Origin: Acidimicrobiales bacterium
GTDB taxonomy: Bacteria; Actinomycetota; Acidimicrobiia; Acidimicrobiales; VFJN01
Assembly: GCA_045807565.1 (NCBI GenBank)
Contig: JBJMHD010000125.1
Span: 22,254 to 86,253, forward strand
DNA length: 64,000 bases
Direction: 5' to 3'
Translations under genes and position numbers: made by a program
Shown here: piece after piece, positions 44,199-52,960 of the stretch
Numbering within the stretch: position 1 is the stretch's first letter
Layout: each line of letters begins with the position of its first letter
The notes under the pieces: generated by a model
What the model was told of the DNA's origin: nothing
The model's input: the letters and a program-made list of their open reading frames with translations, nothing else
Database searches by the model: none

Positions 44199-46109
44199 GT
44201 GCCGCAGCCCTCGGTCGACGTCTCGGATCGACCGTCAGCGCTCCCATCGGCCGAACCCGAGGCCGCTGACGCGGACGCCCGCCGGCGGCGCCTCGGACCG
44301 TGGTGGCTCATCCCGCTCGCGACGGCGGGGCTCTGCGTCCCCCTGATCGTGGCCCTCGCCGGGCTTCGCCGGCCGGTGTGGACCCCGGTGCTGGACCTGG
44401 CCATGACCGAGCTGCGCGTGCGCGACGTGGGCGGCGCGCACACGCCGCTCATCGGCCTGCCCGGTCGCATCGGGCCCTCGTTGCAGCAGCAGGGGAGCCA
44501 CCCGGGGCCGCTGAGCTTCTACGCGCTGGCGCCCACCTACCGCGCCCTCGGGTCCACCGCATGGGCCCTCCAGGTGGGCACCGTGGTCATCCACGCGGTG
44601 GCGATCGGCACCTCCCTGTGGCTCGGACGACGCCGAGCGGGTCTCCTCGGCCTCGCCGCGACGGCAGCGGGCCTCGCGCTGCTCCTCGCCGCCTACGGCG
44701 GGGCGGCCCTCACCGAGCCGTGGAACCCCTACCTCCCGCTCCTCTGCTGGGTCGTCACCCTCCTCGCGACCTGGTCGGTCCTCGAGGACGATCGGGCGGC
44801 GCTCATCCCGCTCGTGGCGGCCGGGTCGTTCTGCGCGCAGACCCACGTGCCCTACCTCGGCCTGGCGCTCGGGCTCGGCGCGCTGGCGGTGGGAAGCGTG
44901 CTGCTCCGGGCACGCGCCCAACCGGGAGACCGCGCGTCGATGCTCCGGTGGCTGGGGGCGGCGCTGGCCCTCGGCGTCGTCCTGTGGCTCCCACCGACGG
45001 TCGACCAGATCCGGCACGACCCGGGCAACTACCGAACCCTCCTCGACCACTTCTCCGATCCTCCGGAGGAGCCCGCCGGCCTGCGCACGGGCGCGCGCGC
45101 CGCCCTCGAGCACCTCGACGTCGTCCACCTCGCGCGGTCGGCTGGGCAGGAGACGGGCTGGCTCGTCACCAGCGCTGACGGCAACACGCCGAGCGCGGCG
45201 CGCGGGGTCGTGCTGCTGGGCGCGTGGGCGGTGGCGGCGGTCCTCTGCCTGCGCCAACGCCGAGCGCTGCTTCCGCTGCACGCGGTGGCTGGAGCGTCGT
45301 TCGTCCTGATGGTGCTCGCGCTCAGCCGCATCTTCGGGACCCTCTGGTACTACCTGTCGCTGTGGGGCTGGGCGATCGGGCTGCTGCTGCTGGCGGCCGC
45401 GCTGGCCACCCTGGGATCAGTGCGGTCGTCGCGCGAACCCATCGGCACGCGGCAGCGATGGGCGCGGATCACCACCATCGCGCTGGCAGGCCTCGCTCTG
45501 GCGGTGACCGTGCGCTTCACCGTCACCGCCTCGGACAGCCCCCACGGCGACGCCCGGGTGGCCGCGCAGCTGGCGCTGGTCGTCGACGACACCGCCGCCG
45601 CGATCGACGACGGAGCAGGCGCCGCCACCCCGGGCGACGGGAGGTACGTGGTGAGCTGGGCGGACGCGTTCCACATCGGCTCCCAGGGCTACGGCATGCT
45701 CAGCGAGCTCGAGCGCCGGGGCATCGACGCCTACCTCGAGCCGCTCTTCCACGTGCCGGCCACCGAGCACCGCGCCCTGGACCCCGCCGACGCCACGGCG
45801 CGCGTGGTCCTTGCCACCGGCTCGTACATCGACGAGTACCGAGCCCGAGAGGGTGCGGTCGAGGTCGCCTACGGCGACCTGCGGTCCCCCGAGGAGCGGG
45901 CCGAGGAGGCGCGCCTGCGAGCCGAGCTCGACCAGGACCTCCGTGCCGCGGGCCTCGACGAGGTCGCCGACCAGCTGGACACGAACGTCTTCGGCGCTGC
46001 CCTCGACCCGCGCCTCGACCCTGAGGCGAAGCGAGGCATCGAGCGGCTGCTGGAGATCGGCGGGCCCCTCGCCGTGTTCGTGGTGCCTCCGGACGCCACC
46101 GAGGCATGA
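44199..46109 (+). CDS. large polytopic membrane protein, putative GT-C glycosyl/arabinosyltransferase (paralogue A)
   Basis: 636 aa. At least 11 TM segments plus a ~190-aa C-terminal soluble domain. Motifs ELRVRDV, HPGPL and GSFCAQTHVPYL are shared with the next gene. Confidence 0.7.
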   Translation: MPQPSVDVSDRPSALPSAEPEAADADARRRRLGPWWLIPLATAGLCVPLIVALAGLRRPVWTPVLDLAMTELRVRDVGGAHTPLIGLPGRIGPSLQQQGSHPGPLSFYALAPTYRALGSTAWALQVGTVVIHAVAIGTSLWLGRRRAGLLGLAATAAGLALLLAAYGGAALTEPWNPYLPLLCWVVTLLATWSVLEDDRAALIPLVAAGSFCAQTHVPYLGLALGLGALAVGSVLLRARAQPGDRASMLRWLGAALALGVVLWLPPTVDQIRHDPGNYRTLLDHFSDPPEEPAGLRTGARAALEHLDVVHLARSAGQETGWLVTSADGNTPSAARGVVLLGAWAVAAVLCLRQRRALLPLHAVAGASFVLMVLALSRIFGTLWYYLSLWGWAIGLLLLAAALATLGSVRSSREPIGTRQRWARITTIALAGLALAVTVRFTVTASDSPHGDARVAAQLALVVDDTAAAIDDGAGAATPGDGRYVVSWADAFHIGSQGYGMLSELERRGIDAYLEPLFHVPATEHRALDPADATARVVLATGSYIDEYRAREGAVEVAYGDLRSPEERAEEARLRAELDQDLRAAGLDEVADQLDTNVFGAALDPRLDPEAKRGIERLLEIGGPLAVFVVPPDATEA

Positions 46110-47878
46110 TCGACGGCTCTGGTGACGGCTCTGGTGACGAGCCGCTCGACGAGGAGGACGCCCTCCTCCGGTGGGGGTGGAAGGTGGTCGCCCTCGCCAC
46201 GAGCCTCGTCATCGTCGCCTCCGCGGTCCGCGGTGTCCGGCGCGGCTACGAGCTGGTCGGGGACAACGCCCTGATCGAGCTCCGAGCCCGGGACGTCCTC
46301 ACCGAGCACCATCCGTTCCTCGGCACCTGGTCGTCGGCGTCGATCAGCTCCAGCGTCGACGTGAACCACCCGGGCCCGCTGCTGTTCGACCTCCTCGCCG
46401 CACCAGTCCGCCTGCTCGGCGGCGCCACAGGGACCGCGATCACGGTCGCCGTGCTCGCCGTCGTCGTGGTGTGGACGGTCGGCTTCGTGACGTCGAGGGC
46501 AGCGGGCCCCGCCGCCGCGCTGGTCGCGCAGGTCGTCACCGCCGGGATCGCGTGGACCGTCGGCAGCGAGCTGCTCTACGACGCCTGGCAGCCGAACGTG
46601 CTCGTCCTGCCCTTCTGGCTGCTGCTGTGCACCGTGTGGGCCGTCGTCGTGGACCGGGTCGAGCTGCTGCCCGTTGCCGTGCTGGTGGGGTCGTTCTGCA
46701 TGCAGACCCACCTGGCCTACCTCTTCCTCGTCCCGATCCTGCTCGCCTTCGCCCTCGGCGTGGTCGTGCTGCGCCGGCGGCCGCGTGGATCCGGTCGCTT
46801 CGACGACCTGTGGGCGCCGCTCCGCACCACCGCGATCGTCGGCGTGGTGCTCTGGGCGCAGCCGGTGTGGGAGCAGCTCTTCGGTCCGGGGCGCGGCAAC
46901 CTCGGTCGGCTGCTCACGGCGGGCACGGGCGGTTCGTCGTCGAGCGAGGCGACCGCGCACACCGGCGTGTCGCTCGGGGTGCGGCTGTTCAGCTCCGTGC
47001 TCGCCCAGCCGCCGTGGTGGCTGCGGCCAGGCTTCGACACGTCGATCCCGCCCTCGACCTGGGTCGACACGCCCGGCGGCCGGGTGCTCTCGGCCCCCGG
47101 GCTGACGGGTGCACGGCCGGCCGTCGCCGCGCTGGGAGCGCTCGTGGGGGTGGTGGTGGTCGGCTGGCTCGTCGCCCGCCGCCGCCCCGCGAGCAGGGCC
47201 GTGGCGCAGGGCTACTGGGTGCTCGCGCTGTGCGCGGCGGTGGCGCTCGTGACCCTCGTGATCACACCCATCGACGTGATCGGCCTGACCCCGCACAAGA
47301 TCCGCTACCTCTGGATCATCGGAGCGTTCGCGACGTTCCTCCTCCTGCTGACGATCCTGAGCCTCCTGCGCCCGAAAGCTCGCCGCGTCGCGCTCGTGGC
47401 GGTCACCGCCCTCGGGCTGCTCGCCGTCGTCGCGACCGTGCCGTTCCACGCGTCGGCGGGCGGACCGGTCGAGCTGCGGGCGTCGTACGAGTCGGTCGGT
47501 GACCTCCGATCTCAGCTGGCCGAGTACTTCGCGCACGACCGCTCGGCGCCCGACGCCGTGCGGTTCGACGCCAGCGGCATCGGCTTCGCCGAGCCGTACA
47601 CGTCACCGGTGATGGCCCAGCTGGTGGAGAGCGGCGTCGACCTGGCCGTGGACGACGTCGCCCTCTCCCGGCAGCTGGGTCCCGACCGCCTCGCCGATCG
47701 GAGCGACGCCGGCCGTCCCCTCGTGTACGTGCGCGCCGGGCCGGCGGCGTTGGAGGACGTGCCGGGGGTCGAGCGCATCGCCTTCTACGACGGGGACCGG
47801 TCGCCGTTCAACCGGCTCGACGTCACCGACCGAGCCGTCGCCGTGTTCCTCAGCCGCGACGGCGAGGTGCACGGGTGA
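46106..47878 (+). CDS. large polytopic membrane protein, putative GT-C glycosyl/arabinosyltransferase (paralogue B)
   Basis: 590 aa. ATGA overlap. ELRARDV, NHPGPL, GSFCMQTHLAYL. Same architecture as 44199..46109. Confidence 0.7.
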   Translation: MIDGSGDGSGDEPLDEEDALLRWGWKVVALATSLVIVASAVRGVRRGYELVGDNALIELRARDVLTEHHPFLGTWSSASISSSVDVNHPGPLLFDLLAAPVRLLGGATGTAITVAVLAVVVVWTVGFVTSRAAGPAAALVAQVVTAGIAWTVGSELLYDAWQPNVLVLPFWLLLCTVWAVVVDRVELLPVAVLVGSFCMQTHLAYLFLVPILLAFALGVVVLRRRPRGSGRFDDLWAPLRTTAIVGVVLWAQPVWEQLFGPGRGNLGRLLTAGTGGSSSSEATAHTGVSLGVRLFSSVLAQPPWWLRPGFDTSIPPSTWVDTPGGRVLSAPGLTGARPAVAALGALVGVVVVGWLVARRRPASRAVAQGYWVLALCAAVALVTLVITPIDVIGLTPHKIRYLWIIGAFATFLLLLTILSLLRPKARRVALVAVTALGLLAVVATVPFHASAGGPVELRASYESVGDLRSQLAEYFAHDRSAPDAVRFDASGIGFAEPYTSPVMAQLVESGVDLAVDDVALSRQLGPDRLADRSDAGRPLVYVRAGPAALEDVPGVERIAFYDGDRSPFNRLDVTDRAVAVFLSRDGEVHG

Positions 47879-49017
47879 CGGCCCTCGTCGGCCCGAGCGT
47901 CGACATCGTCGTGCCCGTCCACGACGAGGAGGACATCCTCGAGGCGAGCGTCGTCCGCCTGCGGGCGCACCTCGAGGACGCCTTCCCGTTCGTCTGGCAC
48001 ATCGTCATCGCCGACAACGCCTCCACCGACGCCACCCCTGCCATCGCGGCGCGCCTCGCCGCCGCCGACGAGCGCATCCGCCACCTGCGCCTGCCCGAGA
48101 AGGGCAGAGGGCGCGCCCTGCGGGCGGCCTGGTCCGCGTCGGACGCCGACGTCGTCGCCTACACCGACGTCGACCTGTCGACCGGGCTCACCGGGCTGCT
48201 GCCCCTCGTGGCGCCGCTCGTGTCGGGCCACTCGGACCTGGCGATCGGCTCCCGGCTGAGCTCGAGCTCGGTGGTGGCACGCGGGCCGAAGCGAGAGCTC
48301 ATCTCGCGCTGCTACAACCTCTTGCTGCGGGTCGTGTTCGCGGTGCGGTTCCGCGATGCCCAGTGCGGCTTCAAGGCGGGTCGGGCCGACGTCGTCCGCC
48401 GGCTCCTCCCAGCCGTGGAGGACGAGGCCTGGTTCTTCGACACCGAGCTGCTCCTGCTGGCCGAGTACAACGGCCTGCGGGTCCACGAGGTGCCCGTCGA
48501 CTGGATCGACGACCCCGACAGCCGCGTGGACGTGCGGTCCACCGCGCTGGCCGACCTGCGCGGCGTCCGCCGCATGGCCTGGCGGTTCGCGCGCGGCAAG
48601 GGCGGCGTGGACCTCGGTGAGCACGAGCGGTCGCCCCTCGCCGACGACTTCGGGCGCCAGACGGTCACCTACGCCAGCATCGGGCTCGTCTCCACGGCCA
48701 TCAGCCTGGTGCTGTTCCTGCTCCTGCGCGACCAGGTCGGCGCGGTGTGGGCCAACGTCATCGCGTTCACGTCCACCGCCCTCGGCAACAGCTGGGCCCA
48801 CAGTCGGTGGACCTTCCGGCGGCGCACCCAGGAGGACCGGCGGTGGCGGCTCGCCACGAGCCTCGCCGTGTTCGCGGTGTCGCTCCTCGGGACGTCCCTC
48901 GCGCTGGCTGCCGTCCGGGGGAACCCGACCGCCGAGCTCGTGGTCCTCGCCGTCAGCTGGACGGCGGCCGCGGTCTTCCGCTTCGTGGTGCTGCGGACCT
49001 GGGTGTACCGCCGGTGA
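47875..49017 (+). CDS. GT2 polyprenyl-phosphate glycosyltransferase fused to a C-terminal GtrA-like domain
   Basis: GTGA overlap. IVVPVHDEE, ADNASTDAT, YTDVDLS, DAQCGFK, FFDTELL. The C-terminal 4-TM region has NSWAHSRWTF (GtrA family pattern). Confidence 0.85.
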   Translation: MTALVGPSVDIVVPVHDEEDILEASVVRLRAHLEDAFPFVWHIVIADNASTDATPAIAARLAAADERIRHLRLPEKGRGRALRAAWSASDADVVAYTDVDLSTGLTGLLPLVAPLVSGHSDLAIGSRLSSSSVVARGPKRELISRCYNLLLRVVFAVRFRDAQCGFKAGRADVVRRLLPAVEDEAWFFDTELLLLAEYNGLRVHEVPVDWIDDPDSRVDVRSTALADLRGVRRMAWRFARGKGGVDLGEHERSPLADDFGRQTVTYASIGLVSTAISLVLFLLLRDQVGAVWANVIAFTSTALGNSWAHSRWTFRRRTQEDRRWRLATSLAVFAVSLLGTSLALAAVRGNPTAELVVLAVSWTAAAVFRFVVLRTWVYRR

Positions 49018-50954
49018 CAGCGGTCGGCCCGCCGGCTCAGGACGTGCGACTGGGCACCCGCGGCGTGGTGAACGCCGTCACGGTCGCGGCCGTCGCCCTG
49101 TTCTGGCTCGTGTCGACCTCGTGGCACCCGTGGGACCTGTTCGACCGGGGCGGGTTCAGCGCCGACTTCTACGACGAGCAGGCACGCGCCCTGCTCCACG
49201 GCCACCTCGCCGTCGATCCGGCCGTGTCGAGCATCGAAGGCTTCGTGATCGACGGCCGGTCCTACCTGTACTACGGGCCCTTCCTGGCGATCGCGCGGCT
49301 GCCCTTCCAGCTCTTGGGCGACGTCTCCACGGGCCGGCTCGTGCGCGCGTCCATGCTGCTCGCCGTCGTGGTGCTGTGCCGATGGACCGCCCGGATCGCG
49401 CAGGCGGGGCGGCGGGCGGTGGCCCCTGGCGCCGCGAGCGCCCCGGACGTCCGCACCGAGCGATGGACCGTGGGGATCTTCACCGCCGCGGTCGCCTTCT
49501 CGCCCGCCTTCACCGCCGCCGGCTGGATCACCGTCTACAACGAGACCGAGCTGTGGGCGTTCGCGCTCGCCGTCGTCGGCGTCACGCTGCTCCTCGAGTG
49601 GGCGGCCACGGGGTTCAGCGCCACGCGCCCGCTCGTCGGGGCGATCTTCGCGGCGGGCGGAGCCACCCTCACGCGCGCTCCGATCGGCATGGGGGTGGCG
49701 CTCGCGATCGGCGCGTGCGGCCTGGTGCTGGCGTGGCGACGCGGCCCGCAGCGCGGCCGGACGGCATGGCTCGCGATGGCCGGTGGCCTGGCTCCCGTCG
49801 CGGCCCATGCCGCCGTCAACGTCGCCAAGTTCGGCACGCTCCTCTCGGTCCCGGGGACGCGGCAGCAGCTCTCGCTCGACGATCCGAGCCGGGCCGCCTG
49901 GTTCGCCGGCAACGGCGACAGCTTCTTCTCGACGCGCTTCCTCTCGACCACCGTCGTCCACTACCTCCGGCCCGACGCGATCCGCTTCGAGCGTCTGGTC
50001 CCGGGCATCCGGTTCGGTCCGCTGGCCGAGGAACGAGGCACGTACCCGCTGCTCAGCAACACCCCGGCATCGTCGCTCACCGTGACGGCGACCCTCCTGC
50101 TGCTCCTCGCCGTGGTCGGAGCGGTGTGGGTGGTCCGCCAGCGGGCGAGGACGTGGGGGTTGGTGGCGCTGTGCACGGGCGTCGGCGCGCTCCCGACCCT
50201 CCTGATCGGCTTCATCGCCAACCGGTACCTCATCGACCTGCTCCCACCGCTCGTCGTGCTGGGCGCGACCGGCGTGTGGGCGGTGAGCCTCCGCTCGTGG
50301 AGCGGCGCGGCCCGACGGGCGATCCGCATCGGTGGGGTCCTGCTCGTGGTGTGGGGGATCTGGGTGAACGCGTCCCTGGCCACCTGGTCGCTCGATCAGC
50401 GGTCACCGGGGTTCACCGACCTGCGCTACCGCGTCGACGGGTGGCTGTTCCCCGACCCCTCGCCGGGCCTGGTGCGCGTCGCTCCGGGCGATCCCGCGGC
50501 GCGCGAGGGCCTCACCGGGATCGAGGTGGACCCCGACCTCGGCTGCACGGGCGTCTACACCGCCGAGCAGGGACGCTGGCAGCCCATCGAGCGCGGGGCG
50601 GCGCGGGACCTCTCGACCACGGTCACGCCCGACGGCGACCGAACCGTCCTCGCCCACGGAACCACCTGGCGGCTGGACCTCGTCCTCAGCGACGGCGACG
50701 CTGCCCGCATCGTCGTCACGGACCGCGACGGGCGGGAGGTGAGCGACCAGCTGCTCCCCAGGTGGGAGCGCCTGGCTCCGGGCGGCTCGGTGCCCGCTCG
50801 GGTCATCGTCGACCCGGTGGTCGGAGAGTTCGCGGTGATCGTGGGCCGCGGATCGCTGTACCTGCCTGGGAGCGTGGTGTCCACCAGCCCCATCGAGACC
50901 TCGGGCCCGGCGGTCACCAGCGCGCTGTGCGAGCGCCTCCGTGACCGGCTCTGA
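49014..50954 (+). CDS. GT-C-type membrane glycosyltransferase (PMT/ArnT-like) with C-terminal soluble domain
   Basis: GTG 49014 overlaps the upstream TGA. First-loop motif GGFSADFYDEQARALLHGHL (DE motif), then multiple TM segments. 646 aa. Confidence 0.7.
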   Translation: MTAVGPPAQDVRLGTRGVVNAVTVAAVALFWLVSTSWHPWDLFDRGGFSADFYDEQARALLHGHLAVDPAVSSIEGFVIDGRSYLYYGPFLAIARLPFQLLGDVSTGRLVRASMLLAVVVLCRWTARIAQAGRRAVAPGAASAPDVRTERWTVGIFTAAVAFSPAFTAAGWITVYNETELWAFALAVVGVTLLLEWAATGFSATRPLVGAIFAAGGATLTRAPIGMGVALAIGACGLVLAWRRGPQRGRTAWLAMAGGLAPVAAHAAVNVAKFGTLLSVPGTRQQLSLDDPSRAAWFAGNGDSFFSTRFLSTTVVHYLRPDAIRFERLVPGIRFGPLAEERGTYPLLSNTPASSLTVTATLLLLLAVVGAVWVVRQRARTWGLVALCTGVGALPTLLIGFIANRYLIDLLPPLVVLGATGVWAVSLRSWSGAARRAIRIGGVLLVVWGIWVNASLATWSLDQRSPGFTDLRYRVDGWLFPDPSPGLVRVAPGDPAAREGLTGIEVDPDLGCTGVYTAEQGRWQPIERGAARDLSTTVTPDGDRTVLAHGTTWRLDLVLSDGDAARIVVTDRDGREVSDQLLPRWERLAPGGSVPARVIVDPVVGEFAVIVGRGSLYLPGSVVSTSPIETSGPAVTSALCERLRDRL

Positions 50955-50960
50955 GCGACC

Positions 50961-51689
50961 TCAGCGACGTCGACGCACGTACGGGGAGTACCGGATGATG
51001 CACGCGAGGGCGTGGACCCCGTCGCGCCACCCGATCTTCTTCCCCTCGGCGTAGGTCCGTCCGGCGTAGGAGATGCCGACCTCGAAGATGCGGAGCCGCT
51101 GCGCCGCCAGCTTGGCGGTGATCTCCGGCTCGAACCCGAACCGATCCTCCTCGATCTCGATCGACTGGATGACCTCCCGGCGGAAGGCCTTGTAGCAGGT
51201 CTCCATGTCGGTGAGGTTCAGGTTCGTGAACGCGTTGGAGAGCGTGGTGAGCGCCCGGTTGCCCACGTAGTGCCAGAAGTAGAGGACCCGGTGCGCACCC
51301 GAGGACATGAAGCGCGACCCGAACACGGCATCGGCGGTGCCGGCGAGGATCGGCGCGATGACGGTGGGGTACTCGGCGGGGTCGTACTCGAGGTCGGCGT
51401 CCTGCACGATCACGACCTCGTAGCGCGCCGCGGCGAAGCCCGTGCGCAGCGCCGCGCCCTTGCCACGGTTCAGGTCGTGCTGCAGGAGCACGACGCGCTG
51501 GTCGCTGGCCTCCACCTCCTTCGCCACGTGGTAGGTGTCGTCGCAGGAACCGTCGTCGACGATGATCAGCTCCGCGCTCCACGGCGAGGCGAGCACCCGG
51601 GCCGCGGCGATGGCCAGCGTCGCCTCCTCGTTGAAGGCGGGCATGACCACCGACAGGCAGCGTCGGGCGGGATCGGGCGCCTCGGTCAC
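50961..51689 (-). CDS. GT2 polyprenyl-phosphate beta-glycosyltransferase (GtrB/ArnC/DPG-synthase-like)
   Basis: GTG 51689. [40 protein letters not shown], then a C-terminal amphipathic/TM tail. Confidence 0.85.
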   Translation of the reverse strand: MTEAPDPARRCLSVVMPAFNEEATLAIAAARVLASPWSAELIIVDDGSCDDTYHVAKEVEASDQRVVLLQHDLNRGKGAALRTGFAAARYEVVIVQDADLEYDPAEYPTVIAPILAGTADAVFGSRFMSSGAHRVLYFWHYVGNRALTTLSNAFTNLNLTDMETCYKAFRREVIQSIEIEEDRFGFEPEITAKLAAQRLRIFEVGISYAGRTYAEGKKIGWRDGVHALACIIRYSPYVRRRR

Positions 51690-52960
51690 GATCGTCGGAG
51701 CCGCTGCCAGCCCCAGTCGACGGCGAGCGCCGCCGAGAGCACGAAGAACGGGGCGATGGGGAGGTGGAACCGGGGGTTCCCCCACAGGAGAAGCGGGATC
51801 GCCAGCAGGCCGAGCAAGCCGGACGCGACGAGCAGCCGTTGCGGGCGTCGTTCCGGGCGGAACAGCTGCGGAAGTCCGATGATGGTGAGGATCAGGATGA
51901 GGAAGAAGTACCAGTCGGCGAGCGGTTTGGCCACATCGACGAACCCGTCGGGGAGGAACTCCCCACCTCCTAGGTCCTCCGTGGCCTCGATCCCGTCCCG
52001 GTCGCTGCCGAGCATGAGGTCGCCGCGCCGGTAGATCTGGAGGAGCTCGCGGCTCGGGTGGTGGAGGACGAACTGGATCGCCTTCTTCGTGTTCCCACGG
52101 TTCCGCGGGACCTCGGGCAGCGAGGGGTCCACGCAACCGTCGTGGCTGGCGAACCGGAACCCGCCGCGGGCGTCCAGGTTGCGATCGATGCACAGGGTGT
52201 CGCCCATGTTCGTCGAGGACGGCACGAACGAGTCCATGGCGACCCAGTTGCGCATCGCCCACGGCACCGACACCGCGGCGGCGAGCACGAGGGCCAGCGC
52301 CGTCCCGGTGAGCACGCGCCGCCACCCGGCACGGATGGCGACCAACGCGCCGACCAGGCCGATGAGCAGCACGAACGCGAACGGTCGCACGAGGATCGCC
52401 ACGCCCAGCGACAGACCGAAGGCCACCAGCCGGCCGCGGCTCGGGGGCCCGCTCTGCCAGTCGTGGGTGACGATCACGCTGAGCGCGACGAGGGTGAAGA
52501 ACACGAACGCCGTCTCGAGCTGCACGGTGGTGACCTGGAACACCATGTTCGGGTACACGGCGTAGATCGCGGCCGCCAGCAGCCCCACCCGGACGCTGGC
52601 GATGCGGGATCCCACGACGTACACGAGGGCGACCGACGCCGTCGCCACCACGACGTGGAGCAGCGCGGTGGCAAAGAGCAGGTTGTCGGGGATGGGCGTG
52701 TGCAGGAGCACGAAGTAGAGCGAGCCGAGCAGCGCGGGGTAGCCGATGGGGTAGTACGCGGTGGCAGGGTGGGGAGGGACGAAGCTCAGGTACCCGCCGC
52801 CCTCCGCGATCTGGCGGCCGTAGTAGTAGTACGAGAACTGGTCGCCCGACCCGATCGCGGAGGTGGGGACCTCGGGCCGCGCGTACAGCGCCCACACCAG
52901 GCGCGCCACGAACGCCACCGTGACGATCGCCCAGAGCACCCGGCGCTCCGCCCGGGTCAT
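51686..52960 (-). CDS. GT-C glycosyltransferase (ArnT/PMT_2-like, GT39/83 type)
   Basis: 424 aa from ATG 52960. [19 protein letters not shown] first-loop motif, about 10 TM segments. Its stop overlaps the downstream GTG. Confidence 0.75.
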   Translation of the reverse strand: MTRAERRVLWAIVTVAFVARLVWALYARPEVPTSAIGSGDQFSYYYYGRQIAEGGGYLSFVPPHPATAYYPIGYPALLGSLYFVLLHTPIPDNLLFATALLHVVVATASVALVYVVGSRIASVRVGLLAAAIYAVYPNMVFQVTTVQLETAFVFFTLVALSVIVTHDWQSGPPSRGRLVAFGLSLGVAILVRPFAFVLLIGLVGALVAIRAGWRRVLTGTALALVLAAAVSVPWAMRNWVAMDSFVPSSTNMGDTLCIDRNLDARGGFRFASHDGCVDPSLPEVPRNRGNTKKAIQFVLHHPSRELLQIYRRGDLMLGSDRDGIEATEDLGGGEFLPDGFVDVAKPLADWYFFLILILTIIGLPQLFRPERRPQRLLVASGLLGLLAIPLLLWGNPRFHLPIAPFFVLSAALAVDWGWQRLRRS

